In this document: in pieces, positions 12,685 through 26,110 of the stretch | Position numbering within the stretch: position 1 is the first letter of the stretch | Layout of the letters: each line of letters opens with the position of its first letter | NCBI GenBank assembly: GCA_963727445.1 | Contig: CAVSGI010000021.1 | Span: 96,001 to 160,000 of the forward strand | Origin: an uncultured delta proteobacterium | GTDB taxonomy: Bacteria; Myxococcota_A; Polyangia; Polyangiales; B10-G4 | DNA length: 64,000 bases | Direction: 5' to 3' | Notes under the pieces: model-generated | The model's input: the letters and a program-made list of their open reading frames with translations, nothing else | Told to the model about the DNA's origin: nothing | Databases searched by the model: none | Position numbers and translations under genes: made by a program

Positions 12685-13167
12685 ATGTCCGAGACGCTTC
12701 GACAGGCCCTCGACCGCTACAACGAGGACAACGGCTTTCGCGAAGACTCGATGACCGCCGAGAGCATTCAGATACGCGTCCTGGGTGTCGTGGTCGACGC
12801 GCCGAATCCCGCGTTTCAACGTCCACTCCTCGCGCGCCACGACCTTCATCACGTGCTCACCGGCTACGGGACGGACCTGCGGGGCGAGGCCGAGATGGGC
12901 GCGTGGGAGCTGGGCGCAGGGCCGGGGCATTGGTTCGTGTGGCTGAACGATATCGGCGCGATCGGGCTCGGCGTCCTCGCCCCGATCCGCACGGCGCGCG
13001 CCTTCGCGCGCGGGCTCGCGTGTCGCTCGCTGTATCGCTCGGAGCGCGCGTGGGAAGAGCTCTTGGAGATGGACGTCGGCGCGCTGCGTGAGGAGTTGGG
13101 GATCCGCGCTACTCCGGCGGAATCGACCGCGCCGGTGCGCGCGCGCTCCGCCCGAAAGCGATCCTGA
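12685..13167 (+). CDS. Coq4-like family protein
   Basis: HDLHHVLTGYGTDLRGEAE matches the Coq4 HDxxH-x11-E metal motif. GGAGGG RBS. Confidence 0.7.
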   Translation: MSETLRQALDRYNEDNGFREDSMTAESIQIRVLGVVVDAPNPAFQRPLLARHDLHHVLTGYGTDLRGEAEMGAWELGAGPGHWFVWLNDIGAIGLGVLAPIRTARAFARGLACRSLYRSERAWEELLEMDVGALREELGIRATPAESTAPVRARSARKRS

Positions 13168-14149
13168 ACGCCTTCCTCAAAGGCAGGAAGTACAGGCCGA
13201 GGCACGTGCGGTAGTCGGCTTCTTCTGCATTCCCCAGACCGATCATGAGGCCCTCGCCGCGCTCGGGTAGATGGAAGGTGCCGAAGAGGACATCCCAGAC
13301 GGGGAACATGAAGGCGAAGTTCTTCTGAAGGTGATCGGGCGAGGCGCTGTGGTGGATCTGGTGGTGAGCCGGGGAGCCGAAGAGCATGGAGAGGCGGCCG
13401 GGCCAGCGGAGCCAGACGTGGGAGTGTCGCAGGTTGTAGCCGAGGGCGTTGAAGGCGAACATCGCGGCGCCGACGCCGAGCAGGCGCGGCCCGCTCGGGA
13501 CGTAGCCCAGGGTCCGGTGGGCGAGAGCGCCGAGAGCGCCGACGACGAAACCGGTGCCGATGGCGTACTGGAGGTTGTCGAAGGGGTGCTCGCGGTAGTT
13601 GGTGAGGGGATGCATCACCGTCGCCGAGTGATGGACCTTGTGGAACTCCCAGAGGATCGGGATGCGGTGTTGGAGCCGATGGATGCCGTAGGAGATGAAG
13701 TCCGTGGCGAGGACGCCGCCGACGACGAAGAGCGCGTCGAAGAGCCACGTCGCGGCGGGTGGGGCGAGGGCGCCCGCCTCGGACGAGCCGGCGAAGAGAG
13801 CCACGCCAAAGGCGTAGGTGGTGGCGCTCACCCAGGGCATCAAGCCGCCATAGATCGAGAGACGGACGATCTGATGAAAGAAGAAATAGCGGACGTCGAG
13901 CCACGCCGAGGGCTGGCTCCAGACCTCCTTCGGAAACAGGAAGCGGAAGAGGCGAGGGCGACCTTCTGCCTCGCGCCTCGGGCCGGTGCGGGCGCCGACG
14001 ACGTAGACGCCGACGGCGAAGAGGAGTGAGCTGAGGAGATACGGGAGGAAGACGCGCTGGTTCGGGTCGAGAGGTATCGAGGCGAAGGCGCGGAGCTGGG
14101 CAGCGAGGAACGCCAGGGTGGCGTCGAGCTTGGCCGCGAGGTTGCCCAT
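13109..14149 (-). CDS. Sterol desaturase / fatty acid hydroxylase family membrane protein
   Basis: His boxes HRLQH, FHKVHH, RHSH and HHQIHH, then NFAFMFPVWDVLFGT. Start MGNLAAK inferred. Confidence 0.88.
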   Translation of the reverse strand: MGNLAAKLDATLAFLAAQLRAFASIPLDPNQRVFLPYLLSSLLFAVGVYVVGARTGPRREAEGRPRLFRFLFPKEVWSQPSAWLDVRYFFFHQIVRLSIYGGLMPWVSATTYAFGVALFAGSSEAGALAPPAATWLFDALFVVGGVLATDFISYGIHRLQHRIPILWEFHKVHHSATVMHPLTNYREHPFDNLQYAIGTGFVVGALGALAHRTLGYVPSGPRLLGVGAAMFAFNALGYNLRHSHVWLRWPGRLSMLFGSPAHHQIHHSASPDHLQKNFAFMFPVWDVLFGTFHLPERGEGLMIGLGNAEEADYRTCLGLYFLPLRKAFRIAFGRSARAPARSIPPE

Positions 14150-14195
14150 TCGAAGACAAGCATAGCAACGAAAGCCGACTATGCTTGGCGGCCCG

Positions 14196-16740
14196 ATGCT
14201 GGAGCTCCCCATCGATGCCCATCTGCCCGAGGCCGTGCGACACGTGACGGCGTCGGGCGCGCTCGTGCTGGCGGCCGAGCCGGGGGCGGGCAAGACGACG
14301 CGGATGCCCGCGGCGATGCTCGACGCAGGTATCGCGGATGGCGAGATCCTGGTGCTCGAGCCGCGGCGCCTGGCCGCACGCCTCGCCGCGCGGCGCGTGG
14401 CCTCGGAGCGCGGCGGGCGGGTCGGCGACGAGGTGGGCTACACCGTGCGCTTCGAAGATCGGAGCGGGCCGAAGACGCGCCTGCGCTTCGTGACCGAGGG
14501 GATCTTCACACGCCGCCTGGCGGCGGATCCGAGCCTCGAAGGCGTGGGCGCGGTGGTGCTCGACGAGTTCCACGAGCGTCATCTGCACGGCGACCTCGCG
14601 CTCGCTTTCTCGGAGCGCCTGCGCCGCGGCGCGCGGAGCGGCCTGCGGATCGTGGTGATGAGCGCGACCCTCGACGTGCAGAAGGTGCGCGCGTTTCTCG
14701 ACGCCCCCGCCATGGAAGTCGAGGGGCGGGCCCATCCGGTCGAGATCACGCATCTCGACGCGCCCGACGACCGTCGTCTCGAGCAGCAAGTGGCGTCGGC
14801 GCTGAAGCGCCTCGTCAAGGGCGGGCTCGACGGGGACGTGCTCGTCTTTCTTCCGGGCGCCGGCGAGATCCGCCGCGCGCGTGAGGCGTGCGCGCCGGTG
14901 GCCGAGCGCGCCGGCCTCGCGCTGGTCACGCTCCACGGCGACCTTCCGCCGCGGGAGCAGGATCGCGCCATCCGGCGTGGCGATCGCCCCAAGGTGATCC
15001 TCTCCACCAACGTCGCCGAGACCTCGGTCACCATCGAAGGCGTCGTCGCCGTGATCGACTCCGGCCTCGCGCGCGTCGCACGCCACTCGCCCTGGACGGG
15101 GCTGCCCACCCTCGAGACCCGTCCCATCAGCCAGGCCTCCGCGATTCAGCGCGCGGGTCGCGCTGGCCGCATGCGCGCTGGTCTTTGCGTCCGCCTCTTC
15201 ACCCAGCACGACTTCGACACGCGCCCCGCTCACGACGCGCCCGAGATCGCGCGCGCCGATCTGGCCGAGACCTGGCTCCTCTTGCGCGCCCTCGGCGAGG
15301 ATCCGTCGCGCTTCCCCTTCTTCGAAGCGCCGCCGGCCGCCGCTGCCGAGGCCGCGGCCGCCCTCCTCACGCGGCTCGGCGCGATCAGCGACGCGGGTGA
15401 GATCCAAGACATCGGCCGGCGCATGAACCGGCTCCCGCTCCACCCGCGCCTCGCGCGCCTCGTCCTCTCCGCCGAGGAGCGCGGCGTCGCCAGCCAGGGT
15501 GCGCTCCTCGCAGCGCTCTTGTCGGAGCGCGAGATCCGCCGCTCGGTGCGCACGCGCTTCGACGACTCCGAAGCCCGCACCGACGAGGTGGGCAGCTCCA
15601 ATCTCCTCGCCCGGCGTGACGCCTTCGAAGGCGCCGAGCAGGAGGGGCTCTCGGACGGCGCGATGCGACGCTGGGACCTCGACCGCTCGGCCACCACATC
15701 GGTCGCGCGCGCGCGCGACCAGAATCCTCCGCGCGCTCTCGCCCTCGCGCGCCGCCGATCGCGTCGGCGATCCCGCCGAAGAAGAAGAGGCGCTCCTCCT
15801 CGCGACCCTCTCCGCCTACCCCGATCGCGTCGGCAAGCGTCGGCGCGCGCACGGCGACACCATCGTCTTCGCGGGCGGCGGCTCCGGACAGCTCGCGCCC
15901 ACCAGCGTCGTCAAAGAAGCCGAGCTCCTCGCCGCGCTCGAGGTCGCCGACAATCGCCGCGGGCTGCCGCTCATCCGGGCGGCGAGCGCTGTCACCGCCG
16001 AGCAGCTCCTCGAGCTCTTCCCCGAGCGCATCGAGGATCACGAAGACGTCGTCTTCGAGCGCGAAGGCGAGCGCGCCATGCGCGTTCGCTCCCTCACCTA
16101 CGACGGGCTCGTCCTCGACGAGAGCCGCTCCCTCGCCGACGGCCCCGAGGCAGCGCGCGTGCTCGCCGCGGCCGCCCTCGAGATCGGTCTCGCAAAGGTC
16201 TGCGACATCGACGCCCTCGATCGCCTCCGCCGGCGCGCGGCCTTCGCCGCCGCCCACGACGAGAGCGTTCCCGCCCTCGACGACGCGTCTCTCGAGCGGG
16301 CCCTCGCCGAGCTCTGCGAAGGCGCGGCCACCTTTCAGGACCTGCGCGCCGCGCGTCTGCCCGAGCTGCTCCTCTCCAGCATGTCCTCGGATGCGCGCCG
16401 CGCCCTCAATCGCCTCGCCCCCGACCGGGTCACCATCCCCGGCCGACCCAAAGGAGTGGAGGTGCACTACGAGCTCGACCAGCCGCCCTGGATCGCGTCG
16501 CGGCTGCAGGACTTCTTCGGCATGAGCGCGGGCCCGACCGTCGCCGGCGGCGCCGTCCCCCTGGTGCTGCACCTCGACGCTCCCAACGGCCGCGCGGTTC
16601 AGGTCACCACGGACCTCGACGGCTTCTGGGACAAGCACTACCCGACGATCGCCAAGGAGCTCCGCCGGCGCTATTCGCGGCACTACTGGCCCGACGACCC
16701 CCGCGCCGCGTCGCCGCGTCCGCCGGGTCGGCGCCGCTGA
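14196..16740 (+). CDS. hrpB: ATP-dependent helicase HrpB, one +1 frameshift at about 15723
   Basis: GAGKTT, DEFHER, MSATL, STNVAETSVTI and QRAGRAGR in the first frame. C-terminal SRLQDFFG...QVTTDLDGFW..HYP...RYSRHYWPDDP in the next frame. Deleting one A in CAGAATC restores RDQILRAL. Confidence 0.9.
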
Positions 16741-16747
16741 CGAGCGC

Positions 16748-19307
<2,560 letters not shown>

Positions 19308-19311
<4 letters not shown>

Positions 19312-19472
19312 TGCCTGGTCCAATGAGGTGGAAGGGGAGATCGCGACGGGCGTCGGTCGCGTCGCAAGGAGGGAAACCGAAGGACGTGCAGCGCACATTC
19401 GAGGTTTCCCGACGCCGCGAGGCGGCCGACGAACGAGCGAGAACCCTTCTACGTCATTGGACCAGGCACTAG
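19308..19472. mobile_element. 165-bp MITE-like fold-back element, copy 1
   Basis: Terminal inverted repeats CTAGTGCCTGGTCCAATGA (19 bp perfect, 27/29 extended) with internal stems and no ORF. Second copy at 54848-55012. Confidence 0.8.
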
Positions 19473-19483
19473 GGCGACGGCGG

Positions 19484-20650
19484 GTGGGCGAGACCGACGA
19501 AGTCGACCGGCTCCTCGCAGAAAACGCCGCGCTCCGCCGCGCGATCGGCGTCTTGCACCGCGTAGCGACCCTGGTGCGGGACTCCCTCGAGCTCGAGGCG
19601 ACCTGCTATGCGGTCCTCACCGGCGTGACCGCGGGGGTCGGGCTCGGCATGAACCGCGCGATGCTCTTTCTTTCGCGTCCGGACGGATCCGAGCCGGGCA
19701 CGCTCTTCGGGCGCATGGCCGTCGGGCCGGCGACGGAGGACGAGGCGGATCGGGTCTGGCGCTCGATCGAGGCGGAGGCCCCGGATCTCGAGACGCTCTA
19801 TCAGGCCGGCCGCGAGCTTCGCGACGCGCGGCTCGCGGGGGAGACAGAGGGCTCCCTCGACGCGATCGTGCGAAGCCTGCTGGTGAACCTCGACGGCGAG
19901 ACGCCGATCGCGCGCGCGGTGCAGAGCGAGGTGGCGCTGCTCGGCGGCGGCGCGGACGACCTCGACGGGCTGCTGCACGTACCGACGAGCCTGGCGTCGC
20001 CGCTCATGGGTCGCGACGGGCTGCTCGGCGTGCTCTACGCGGACAACCGCTTCACGAGGACCGCGCCCGATCCCGTGGTACAGCTCATCTTCGGTCTCGT
20101 CGCCGACCACGCGGGCCGCGCCATCGACAACGCGCGGCGCTACGAGCGCGCAGCGCGCCGTGCGCGGACCGATGCGCTCACCGGACTCGGTCACCACGGC
20201 GCGCTCATGGAGGCGCTCGACGACGCCGTGCGTGACGCCAGGAGCGAGGAAGCTGCGCTCTCCCTGGCGATGATCGACCTGGACGACTTCAAGAAGGTCA
20301 ACGACACCCATGGACACCTCGCGGGTGATGCGCTTCTGATCGCGCTCGCCGAGCGGCTTCGCGCATCCGTCCGCGCCAGGAACACGGTCTTTCGCTACGG
20401 AGGTGAGGAGTTCGCCGTCATCCTCGACAGCGCCGACGAGGAGACCGCGGATCAGATCGCCGACCGCGTCCGAAACGTCGTCGCCTCCGAGCCCTTCGTC
20501 ATCGACGGGACGCTGGCGCTCGAGGTCACTTGCTCGCTGGGTGTCGCCACGCTCCGCGCCGGCGAGCACGGCCGGGACTTGTTGTCGCGCGCCGACAGCG
20601 CCCTGCTCTCGGCGAAGAGAGCGGGGAAGAATCGGGTGATGAAGGGCTGA
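19484..20650 (+). CDS. GAF-GGDEF diguanylate cyclase
   Basis: TDALTGL, DLDDFKKVNDTHGHLAGD, RYGGEEF. N-terminal GAF-like region. GTG start inferred downstream of the MITE. Confidence 0.9.
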   Translation: MGETDEVDRLLAENAALRRAIGVLHRVATLVRDSLELEATCYAVLTGVTAGVGLGMNRAMLFLSRPDGSEPGTLFGRMAVGPATEDEADRVWRSIEAEAPDLETLYQAGRELRDARLAGETEGSLDAIVRSLLVNLDGETPIARAVQSEVALLGGGADDLDGLLHVPTSLASPLMGRDGLLGVLYADNRFTRTAPDPVVQLIFGLVADHAGRAIDNARRYERAARRARTDALTGLGHHGALMEALDDAVRDARSEEAALSLAMIDLDDFKKVNDTHGHLAGDALLIALAERLRASVRARNTVFRYGGEEFAVILDSADEETADQIADRVRNVVASEPFVIDGTLALEVTCSLGVATLRAGEHGRDLLSRADSALLSAKRAGKNRVMKG

Positions 20651-20663
20651 GCTGCGGACCGCC

Positions 20664-21293
20664 TCAGCAGACCACGTCGGGTGACAGACACACCCACGAG
20701 GTCCAGCAGAGCTGGCACGTCGTGTCGCCGTCGCAACCGGTGCTGCGGCAGTCCATCACCGGTCCCTCACACTCGCCGGTGCGCAGGATCGAGGCGCCGG
20801 CGAGGGCGGCTTCGCACGCGTTTCCGTAGGTGACCCCATCGCAGCCGCAGACCGGCGCGTACACGTCGTCGCAGGCGTCTGGCGGGATACGGCACACGCC
20901 GCCGGCGTCGGTTGCGCCGCAGGCGTCGGGCGTATCTGCGCCGTCGTAGTCGCAGTACTCACCGGGATCGCAGGGCGGCAGGCCGCGTGAGCCACACGCG
21001 CGCACCATCGGCGGCGGATCGGGAGGCGGCGGCGGCGGGTCGGGAGGCGGCGGGGGACAGGCGAGGTCGGGACAAGGCAGGTCTGGCGACTGACAGAAGC
21101 TGTCGCTCGCCGTGCATCCGGCGCAGCAGAGCTCGGCCGGTGCGCACTCCACGCTGCCGCACATCACCCCGCGGGCATCCGGGCTCCCGCCGTCGGGATC
21201 ACCGCCTCCTGCAGGAACGTGACTGGCGCTGCACGCCGTCGCGAAGAGGATCATCACCCACCACGAGAGAGTGAGTGCGTCGCGCGTCCTCAC
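20664..21293 (-). CDS. Cys-rich lipoprotein with Kazal-type domain
   Basis: FATAC lipobox. CDDVYAPVCGCDGVTYGNAC Kazal signature. Start uncertain (21293 GTG or 21254 ATG). Confidence 0.75.
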   Translation of the reverse strand: MRTRDALTLSWWVMILFATACSASHVPAGGGDPDGGSPDARGVMCGSVECAPAELCCAGCTASDSFCQSPDLPCPDLACPPPPPDPPPPPPDPPPMVRACGSRGLPPCDPGEYCDYDGADTPDACGATDAGGVCRIPPDACDDVYAPVCGCDGVTYGNACEAALAGASILRTGECEGPVMDCRSTGCDGDTTCQLCWTSWVCLSPDVVC

Positions 21294-21421
21294 TTGCGGG
21301 GTGAGGCATGTGCCACGTCGTGCCGGAATTCGCATGCCCGCGGCCCAACGCACGATCGGTGCCAACGTTCGCGTTTGGGCACGAGTTGCGCAGAGGGAGC
21401 ACTCCCGTGACAATTCGCAAG

Positions 21422-22288
21422 ATGCGCGCGGTCGCCATCGTCGCCGTCACCCTCGCCCTCAACGGCTGCTACCTGAGCCACGAGCCCGGGGGAACGCCGG
21501 GCGGGCCCACCACGGACGCACCCGACCACCTTTACGTCATGAGCCTCATCGAGGGCGCCGAGGAGGATTCGGCGGGGGTCGCACCCGGCTTCGACCTCGA
21601 CGGACGCGTGAGCGATGGGTCGGATCCCGAAGGTTGCATGCAGATGGACTACGTCGGGCCGCCGCCCGAGCGCACCCGGGGGATCGACAATCAGGTCGTC
21701 GTCCTGCAGCCCGTGGTCGCGGCGGCGGCGGGCGTCGACTTCGACCTTCTCTCGAAGCAGGCCATCGCCTCGGGGTTCTTGACCATCCTCGTCCAGCTTC
21801 GCGGCGTGGACGACTTCTCCGATGACGACAGCGTCGAGGTCGTGCTCCGTCATGGGGAGCCGTCAGGTGGCACGCTCGAGCTCGACGCGGAGGGGCGCCT
21901 GCTGCCCGGCCAAGCGTTCCGATTCGATCGGGGATCGACACAGACCCTCACCGGCTCCATCGTCTCCGGCCGATTGCATGCGCAGGCCGATCTCCTCCGG
22001 GTCGAGCTTCCAGTGGGCGTCGAGCGCACGCTCGCCCTGCCGATGGATCGCGGCAATCTCCGATTCACCGTGAGCCCGAGCCGCCTCTCCATGGGCGTGG
22101 GCGGTGGTTCCATGCACATCGAGCCCCTGCTCGATGCGCTGGTCTCGTCGATCGATGGCTTCCCGCCGGATCTCGTACGCTCCGTCCTTCAGAGCGTTGC
22201 CGATCTCGATCCGGACCGCGCGGGGCGGTGCGACTCGGTGTCGATGGCCTTTCGCCTCGAGGCTGTCACCGCGACGCGCGTCGAGTAG
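21422..22288 (+). CDS. Hypothetical lipoprotein
   Basis: MRAVAIVAVTLALNGC. GFDLDG..GC..D...GIDNQ and DLDPD..G.CDSVS motifs. Confidence 0.7.
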   Translation: MRAVAIVAVTLALNGCYLSHEPGGTPGGPTTDAPDHLYVMSLIEGAEEDSAGVAPGFDLDGRVSDGSDPEGCMQMDYVGPPPERTRGIDNQVVVLQPVVAAAAGVDFDLLSKQAIASGFLTILVQLRGVDDFSDDDSVEVVLRHGEPSGGTLELDAEGRLLPGQAFRFDRGSTQTLTGSIVSGRLHAQADLLRVELPVGVERTLALPMDRGNLRFTVSPSRLSMGVGGGSMHIEPLLDALVSSIDGFPPDLVRSVLQSVADLDPDRAGRCDSVSMAFRLEAVTATRVE

Positions 22289-22396
22289 GCCGGCCGTCGG
22301 TGACCATGGAGCTCACCCCGAGCCGCGCGCAGCGCTTCGCCAAGCTCGAGCACCGAGCCGCCGCCCACGCGTTGGGTCTTCGCCGAAGAGGGCTGA

Positions 22397-23194
22397 TCAG
22401 CGGACGCCGACGGCGTCCACGCCCGTGTTGTAGGTGCTCACGCTGACGCGGACCGCGCCGACCATCGTGGGGGACGCGAGGTCGAAGGTCATGGTGTGGT
22501 CGTCTCCCATCCGCGGCGTTCCACACGTCGTGACGTTCATCGCACCGGTGAGCGGAGTGAACGTCCCGCTGGCGCTCGGCGCGATGGCCACCTCGGTGAT
22601 GTCCCCGGGAGGCGCGCTGTAGGTCACCCAGACGCGAACCTGGCGGGCCATCACCGGTGCGGCGAGCTCCCCGGTGAGAGTTCCCGGCGTGGCGGTGCCG
22701 GTGAACCAGCTGCAGGGGGTCAGGCCGGTGGTGCCGCCCGCGGTGGGGCAGTAATCGCGGCAGTCCGTGCAGTCCGGCGCGCCGAGGGTGCGGCTCTCGT
22801 CGTAGTCGCCGGCCTCCCCACAGTCGCCGGCTGCGTAGGAGGAGCCGGCGGTGGCGGTGTCGAAATAGTTCCAAGGGCCCAGCGCCGCGTCGGCCGCGTC
22901 GGCGGTGGCGTCCGACGACGCGTCGCCGCCGTCCGCGGTTGCGTCGCCGGCATCAGCCGAGCCGTCCATCGCATCGGCCGTCGCGTCCGCGGCATCCGGC
23001 GCCGCGTCCATCGCATCCGGCGTCGCGTCCATCGCGTCGGGGGTGGCGTCCGGGACGCCGTCGTCAGCCGTGGCGTCGGGAATGGACCCGTCCATGGTGC
23101 CGGTGTCGAAGCTCGCGTCGCTCGTCGGCCGTGAATCGTCGCCGCAGGCGAGGAGGGAAGAGAGAAGGATGAAGAAAAAGGTCATTCGCACCAT
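22397..23194 (-). CDS. Lipoprotein with Asp/Ala-rich repeat linker and small jelly-roll-like C-domain
   Basis: LLAC-GDD. PDA(T/M)DA repeats, visible as about 21-bp DNA repeats at 22960-23045. Confidence 0.7.
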   Translation of the reverse strand: MVRMTFFFILLSSLLACGDDSRPTSDASFDTGTMDGSIPDATADDGVPDATPDAMDATPDAMDAAPDAADATADAMDGSADAGDATADGGDASSDATADAADAALGPWNYFDTATAGSSYAAGDCGEAGDYDESRTLGAPDCTDCRDYCPTAGGTTGLTPCSWFTGTATPGTLTGELAAPVMARQVRVWVTYSAPPGDITEVAIAPSASGTFTPLTGAMNVTTCGTPRMGDDHTMTFDLASPTMVGAVRVSVSTYNTGVDAVGVR

Positions 23195-23273
23195 GGGCCG
23201 AATGTAGCCCACGAGGGGCGTCTCGTCAGGTCGGCGGCCAACACGACGCCGACCGTTCTCGCGAACGGAACCC

Positions 23274-24452
23274 CTACCAACCCAGCTGGGACCGCAAGAA
23301 CGCGATCAGGTCTTCGGCCAGGAGCGCGTGGGTCTCGTCACCCGGATGGTAGTCGCAGCCCCAGTCGCTGAAGCCGTCGAGATCCACCCACAGGATGTTC
23401 GTGTCGCCTGCGGCGGCGCGCATCGCGATGGCGGAGTCGATCATCGGTCGCGCGCGGCTCATGTCGGAGGCGCCGAGCGGTGGTCCGATGGTGCACGCGA
23501 TCAGCGCGTCGGGATGTCGTGCGCGGATCTCTTCGAGCAACCCGACGTAGGCCGGTACGAACTCGCTCGCAGGTGGGTCTCCATCGGTGCTGAAGTCGTT
23601 GGTGCCGAGGTTGACGACCACGACGTCCGCCGGTCGGATGGTGCCGGTCGAGCCGGCCTCGGTGGCGATCACCCGGTCGTAGAGCGTGGGCAGCGGCTGG
23701 GTTCGGTCGTCGCCGTAGTTGTAGATGACGCCCTTGCCCGACCAGGCGACGGCCTCGAGCTCCGCATCGAGCGCGCGAGCGGCGACGGCCGCATAGGTGA
23801 GGAAGTGATTCTCGGTCTCGGCGCTGAAGTGACAGTACTGGTCAGCGCCGTCCACGCCGTAGCCGCAGGTGATCGAGTCGCCCACTACCTCGATGCGTCG
23901 CGCGGGCGGGGTCACGCCGAGCAGCTCGCCGTCGACCTCGACGCCGTAGATCTCGGTCGCCCCATAACTCCCCTCGGTGCGGCGGTAGAGCTCGACGAGG
24001 TGCTCGCCATCCGGGAGCCCGCTCGTCAGGTCGTAGGTGTTCCGGTCGCCGCTCACCGCGAGGGTCGGCTGCACGGCGCCGTCGACCACGACCGTGAAGT
24101 AGCGTCCCGTGCCGTTCATCGTGACGCGCGCCCCCGTGCCGCGGAAGCGCAACAGGAGTCCCGTGCCGGACCACGACATGCGCACGGCGGCGGGATCGGA
24201 GGCGTCGTGCCGGCCGACGTAGTACGGACCCGGCGTCGGCACAGCACCGGCGTCGGCGTCCGCGCCGGTGTCGCTGGCCGCCCCGTCGCTCGCGCTGCCA
24301 TCGTTGACGCGGCCGTCCCGCGCGCCCCCATCGAGCCCGCCGGCGTCCCTTCGGCCGCTGTCGACACCCGCTGCGTCACCACGACCGCTCTCGCTGACAC
24401 CGCCGTTGCATGCGGCCACGAGCACACAAAGAAGGGCGATCAGGCGAGCCAT
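23274..24452 (-). CDS. SGNH/GDSL hydrolase, carbohydrate esterase family 2-like lipoprotein
   Basis: LVAAC lipobox. RRTEG..., [30 protein letters not shown]. Confidence 0.85.
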   Translation of the reverse strand: MARLIALLCVLVAACNGGVSESGRGDAAGVDSGRRDAGGLDGGARDGRVNDGSASDGAASDTGADADAGAVPTPGPYYVGRHDASDPAAVRMSWSGTGLLLRFRGTGARVTMNGTGRYFTVVVDGAVQPTLAVSGDRNTYDLTSGLPDGEHLVELYRRTEGSYGATEIYGVEVDGELLGVTPPARRIEVVGDSITCGYGVDGADQYCHFSAETENHFLTYAAVAARALDAELEAVAWSGKGVIYNYGDDRTQPLPTLYDRVIATEAGSTGTIRPADVVVVNLGTNDFSTDGDPPASEFVPAYVGLLEEIRARHPDALIACTIGPPLGASDMSRARPMIDSAIAMRAAAGDTNILWVDLDGFSDWGCDYHPGDETHALLAEDLIAFLRSQLGW

Positions 24453-24521
24453 GATCTCCAGCGTAGCCCGTTCATCGGGGACGGCCCAGCCTTCATGCCT
24501 CGGGATGGAGTACATTCGGGT

Positions 24522-26003
24522 ATGGCGTCTGCTCGATGGGCCTGGCTGGGACTGGTGGCGACGCTGCATGCTTGCTCGTTCGACACGAACGCCTTGCCCG
24601 ACGACGTGGGCGGTACCGTCGACGCGGCCTCGGATACCGGCCGCCGCGATGCAGGCGGGGATACCGGGAGCGTCGACGCCGGCTCGGACACCGGCAGCGG
24701 TGATGCGTCGGAGGATTCGACGACTGGCGACGCGTCGATGGACGCGACCGGCGGCGATGCGTCGATGGATTCGGCTCCTTCCGACACGAGCCCGCCGATG
24801 GACTCTGCCGTTGCGGACGCCTGCCCCGCGCCGAGCTGCTCCGCCGGCGTGCTGACGACCTGCACCGCGTCGGGGACGATGATGACGACCTGTCCCCTCG
24901 GCTGCTCCTCCACAGACGCGCGCTGCGCTGCGCTCGTGCCGTCGAACGTCGACCCTGCGCTCATCGATCCATCTGCCGCCGACGTGAGCTCGAGCGGTGG
25001 AGTCACGTTCAACACCGGAGCGTGCACCAGCAGCGCTCCCTTCACCGACGCCATGGTAGTGACCCAGGCGGGCGGCTCGGAGGTCTGTCTCGTGCGCACG
25101 GGCGAGCTGCGCATCTCCAACATGCTCACCATCCGCGGGGCGCGGCCACTGGTGGTGCTGGCCGCGGGCCCGGTCAGCATCTCCGGAACTCTCGATGTCT
25201 CCGCGTACGGCTCCACCCGAGGGCCAGGCGGCGGACGCGGCGGCACGCCAGGCGGTGCGGGCGCCGGCGGGTCGCAGCATGGCGCGCCCGGAACCACGAA
25301 CGGATCGTGGCAAGACGGCGGTGGCGGCGGCGGCGGCATGTGTGGGACCGGAGGCGATGGTGGCGACGGAGGCAGCGCGACCGGAGGCGGGGGTGGCGCT
25401 GCCGCCATGGCGTCGTGGGAGCTCAGCCCACTGCGCGGCGGCAGCGGCGGTGGGGCGAGCCCGTCGGACGCCGGGGATGGGGGCGCCGGCGGCGGCGCGC
25501 TGCAGATCACCTCTCTCGCTTCGATCGACGTCTCCGGAACCATCCTCGCGGGCGGAGGTGGTGGTGGCGAAGGACGCGAAGGCGGTCGCTTTGGCGCAGG
25601 CAGCGGCGGCGGAAGCGGCGGGGCCGTGCTGCTCGAAGCCCCGACCATCCGCATTCCCGGGCGCATCAACGCGGCGGGCGGGGGCGGCGGGGGAACCGCG
25701 AGCGGGCCTGGCTCCGGCGATGGCGGCCCGGGTGAAGACGGCGCGCTGAACAGCGGCGGGGGAAACGGCGGCAGCCGGGCCGGCTCGGGCGCGGGCTCCA
25801 TCGGTGGGCGCGGCGGCGGAGGCAGCACGCTCGATGGACGCGTGGGAGGCTCGAACGCGGATGACTATGGCAACGGTGGCGGCGGCGGCGGCGGCGCGGG
25901 ATGCATCCTCTTTCGCACCGCCGACGGCATGATGCCGTCCGGCTCCTCGTTCAGCCCGTCCACCGGGATCGGTCTGCGTACGCTCACCCTCGCCCTCGAC
26001 TGA
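24522..26003 (+). CDS. Glycine-rich lipoprotein
   Basis: LHAC lipobox, DAG linker, Cys module, then [19 protein letters not shown] and [13 protein letters not shown] rungs. Confidence 0.75.
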   Translation: MASARWAWLGLVATLHACSFDTNALPDDVGGTVDAASDTGRRDAGGDTGSVDAGSDTGSGDASEDSTTGDASMDATGGDASMDSAPSDTSPPMDSAVADACPAPSCSAGVLTTCTASGTMMTTCPLGCSSTDARCAALVPSNVDPALIDPSAADVSSSGGVTFNTGACTSSAPFTDAMVVTQAGGSEVCLVRTGELRISNMLTIRGARPLVVLAAGPVSISGTLDVSAYGSTRGPGGGRGGTPGGAGAGGSQHGAPGTTNGSWQDGGGGGGGMCGTGGDGGDGGSATGGGGGAAAMASWELSPLRGGSGGGASPSDAGDGGAGGGALQITSLASIDVSGTILAGGGGGGEGREGGRFGAGSGGGSGGAVLLEAPTIRIPGRINAAGGGGGGTASGPGSGDGGPGEDGALNSGGGNGGSRAGSGAGSIGGRGGGGSTLDGRVGGSNADDYGNGGGGGGGAGCILFRTADGMMPSGSSFSPSTGIGLRTLTLALD

Positions 26004-26110
26004 AGGAAAAGCCGGCCTGAAGGGCCCGAACCTTGCTCTCGCGTGCTCATCAGCGATACGCTGGACGCCGTTTCCCCTGGGGTTGATCCCTCACCCCACC
26101 CGGGTCCCAC

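Noticed and set aside
22307..22446. Short plus-strand ORF MELTPSRAQRFAKLEH
   Set aside because: No recognisable family, and it overlaps the convergent gene end.
22960..23045. Short 21-24-bp tandem repeats (also about 12480-12530 and 63870-63910)
   Set aside because: They are in-frame coding repeats of the Asp-rich lipoprotein linkers, not independent elements.
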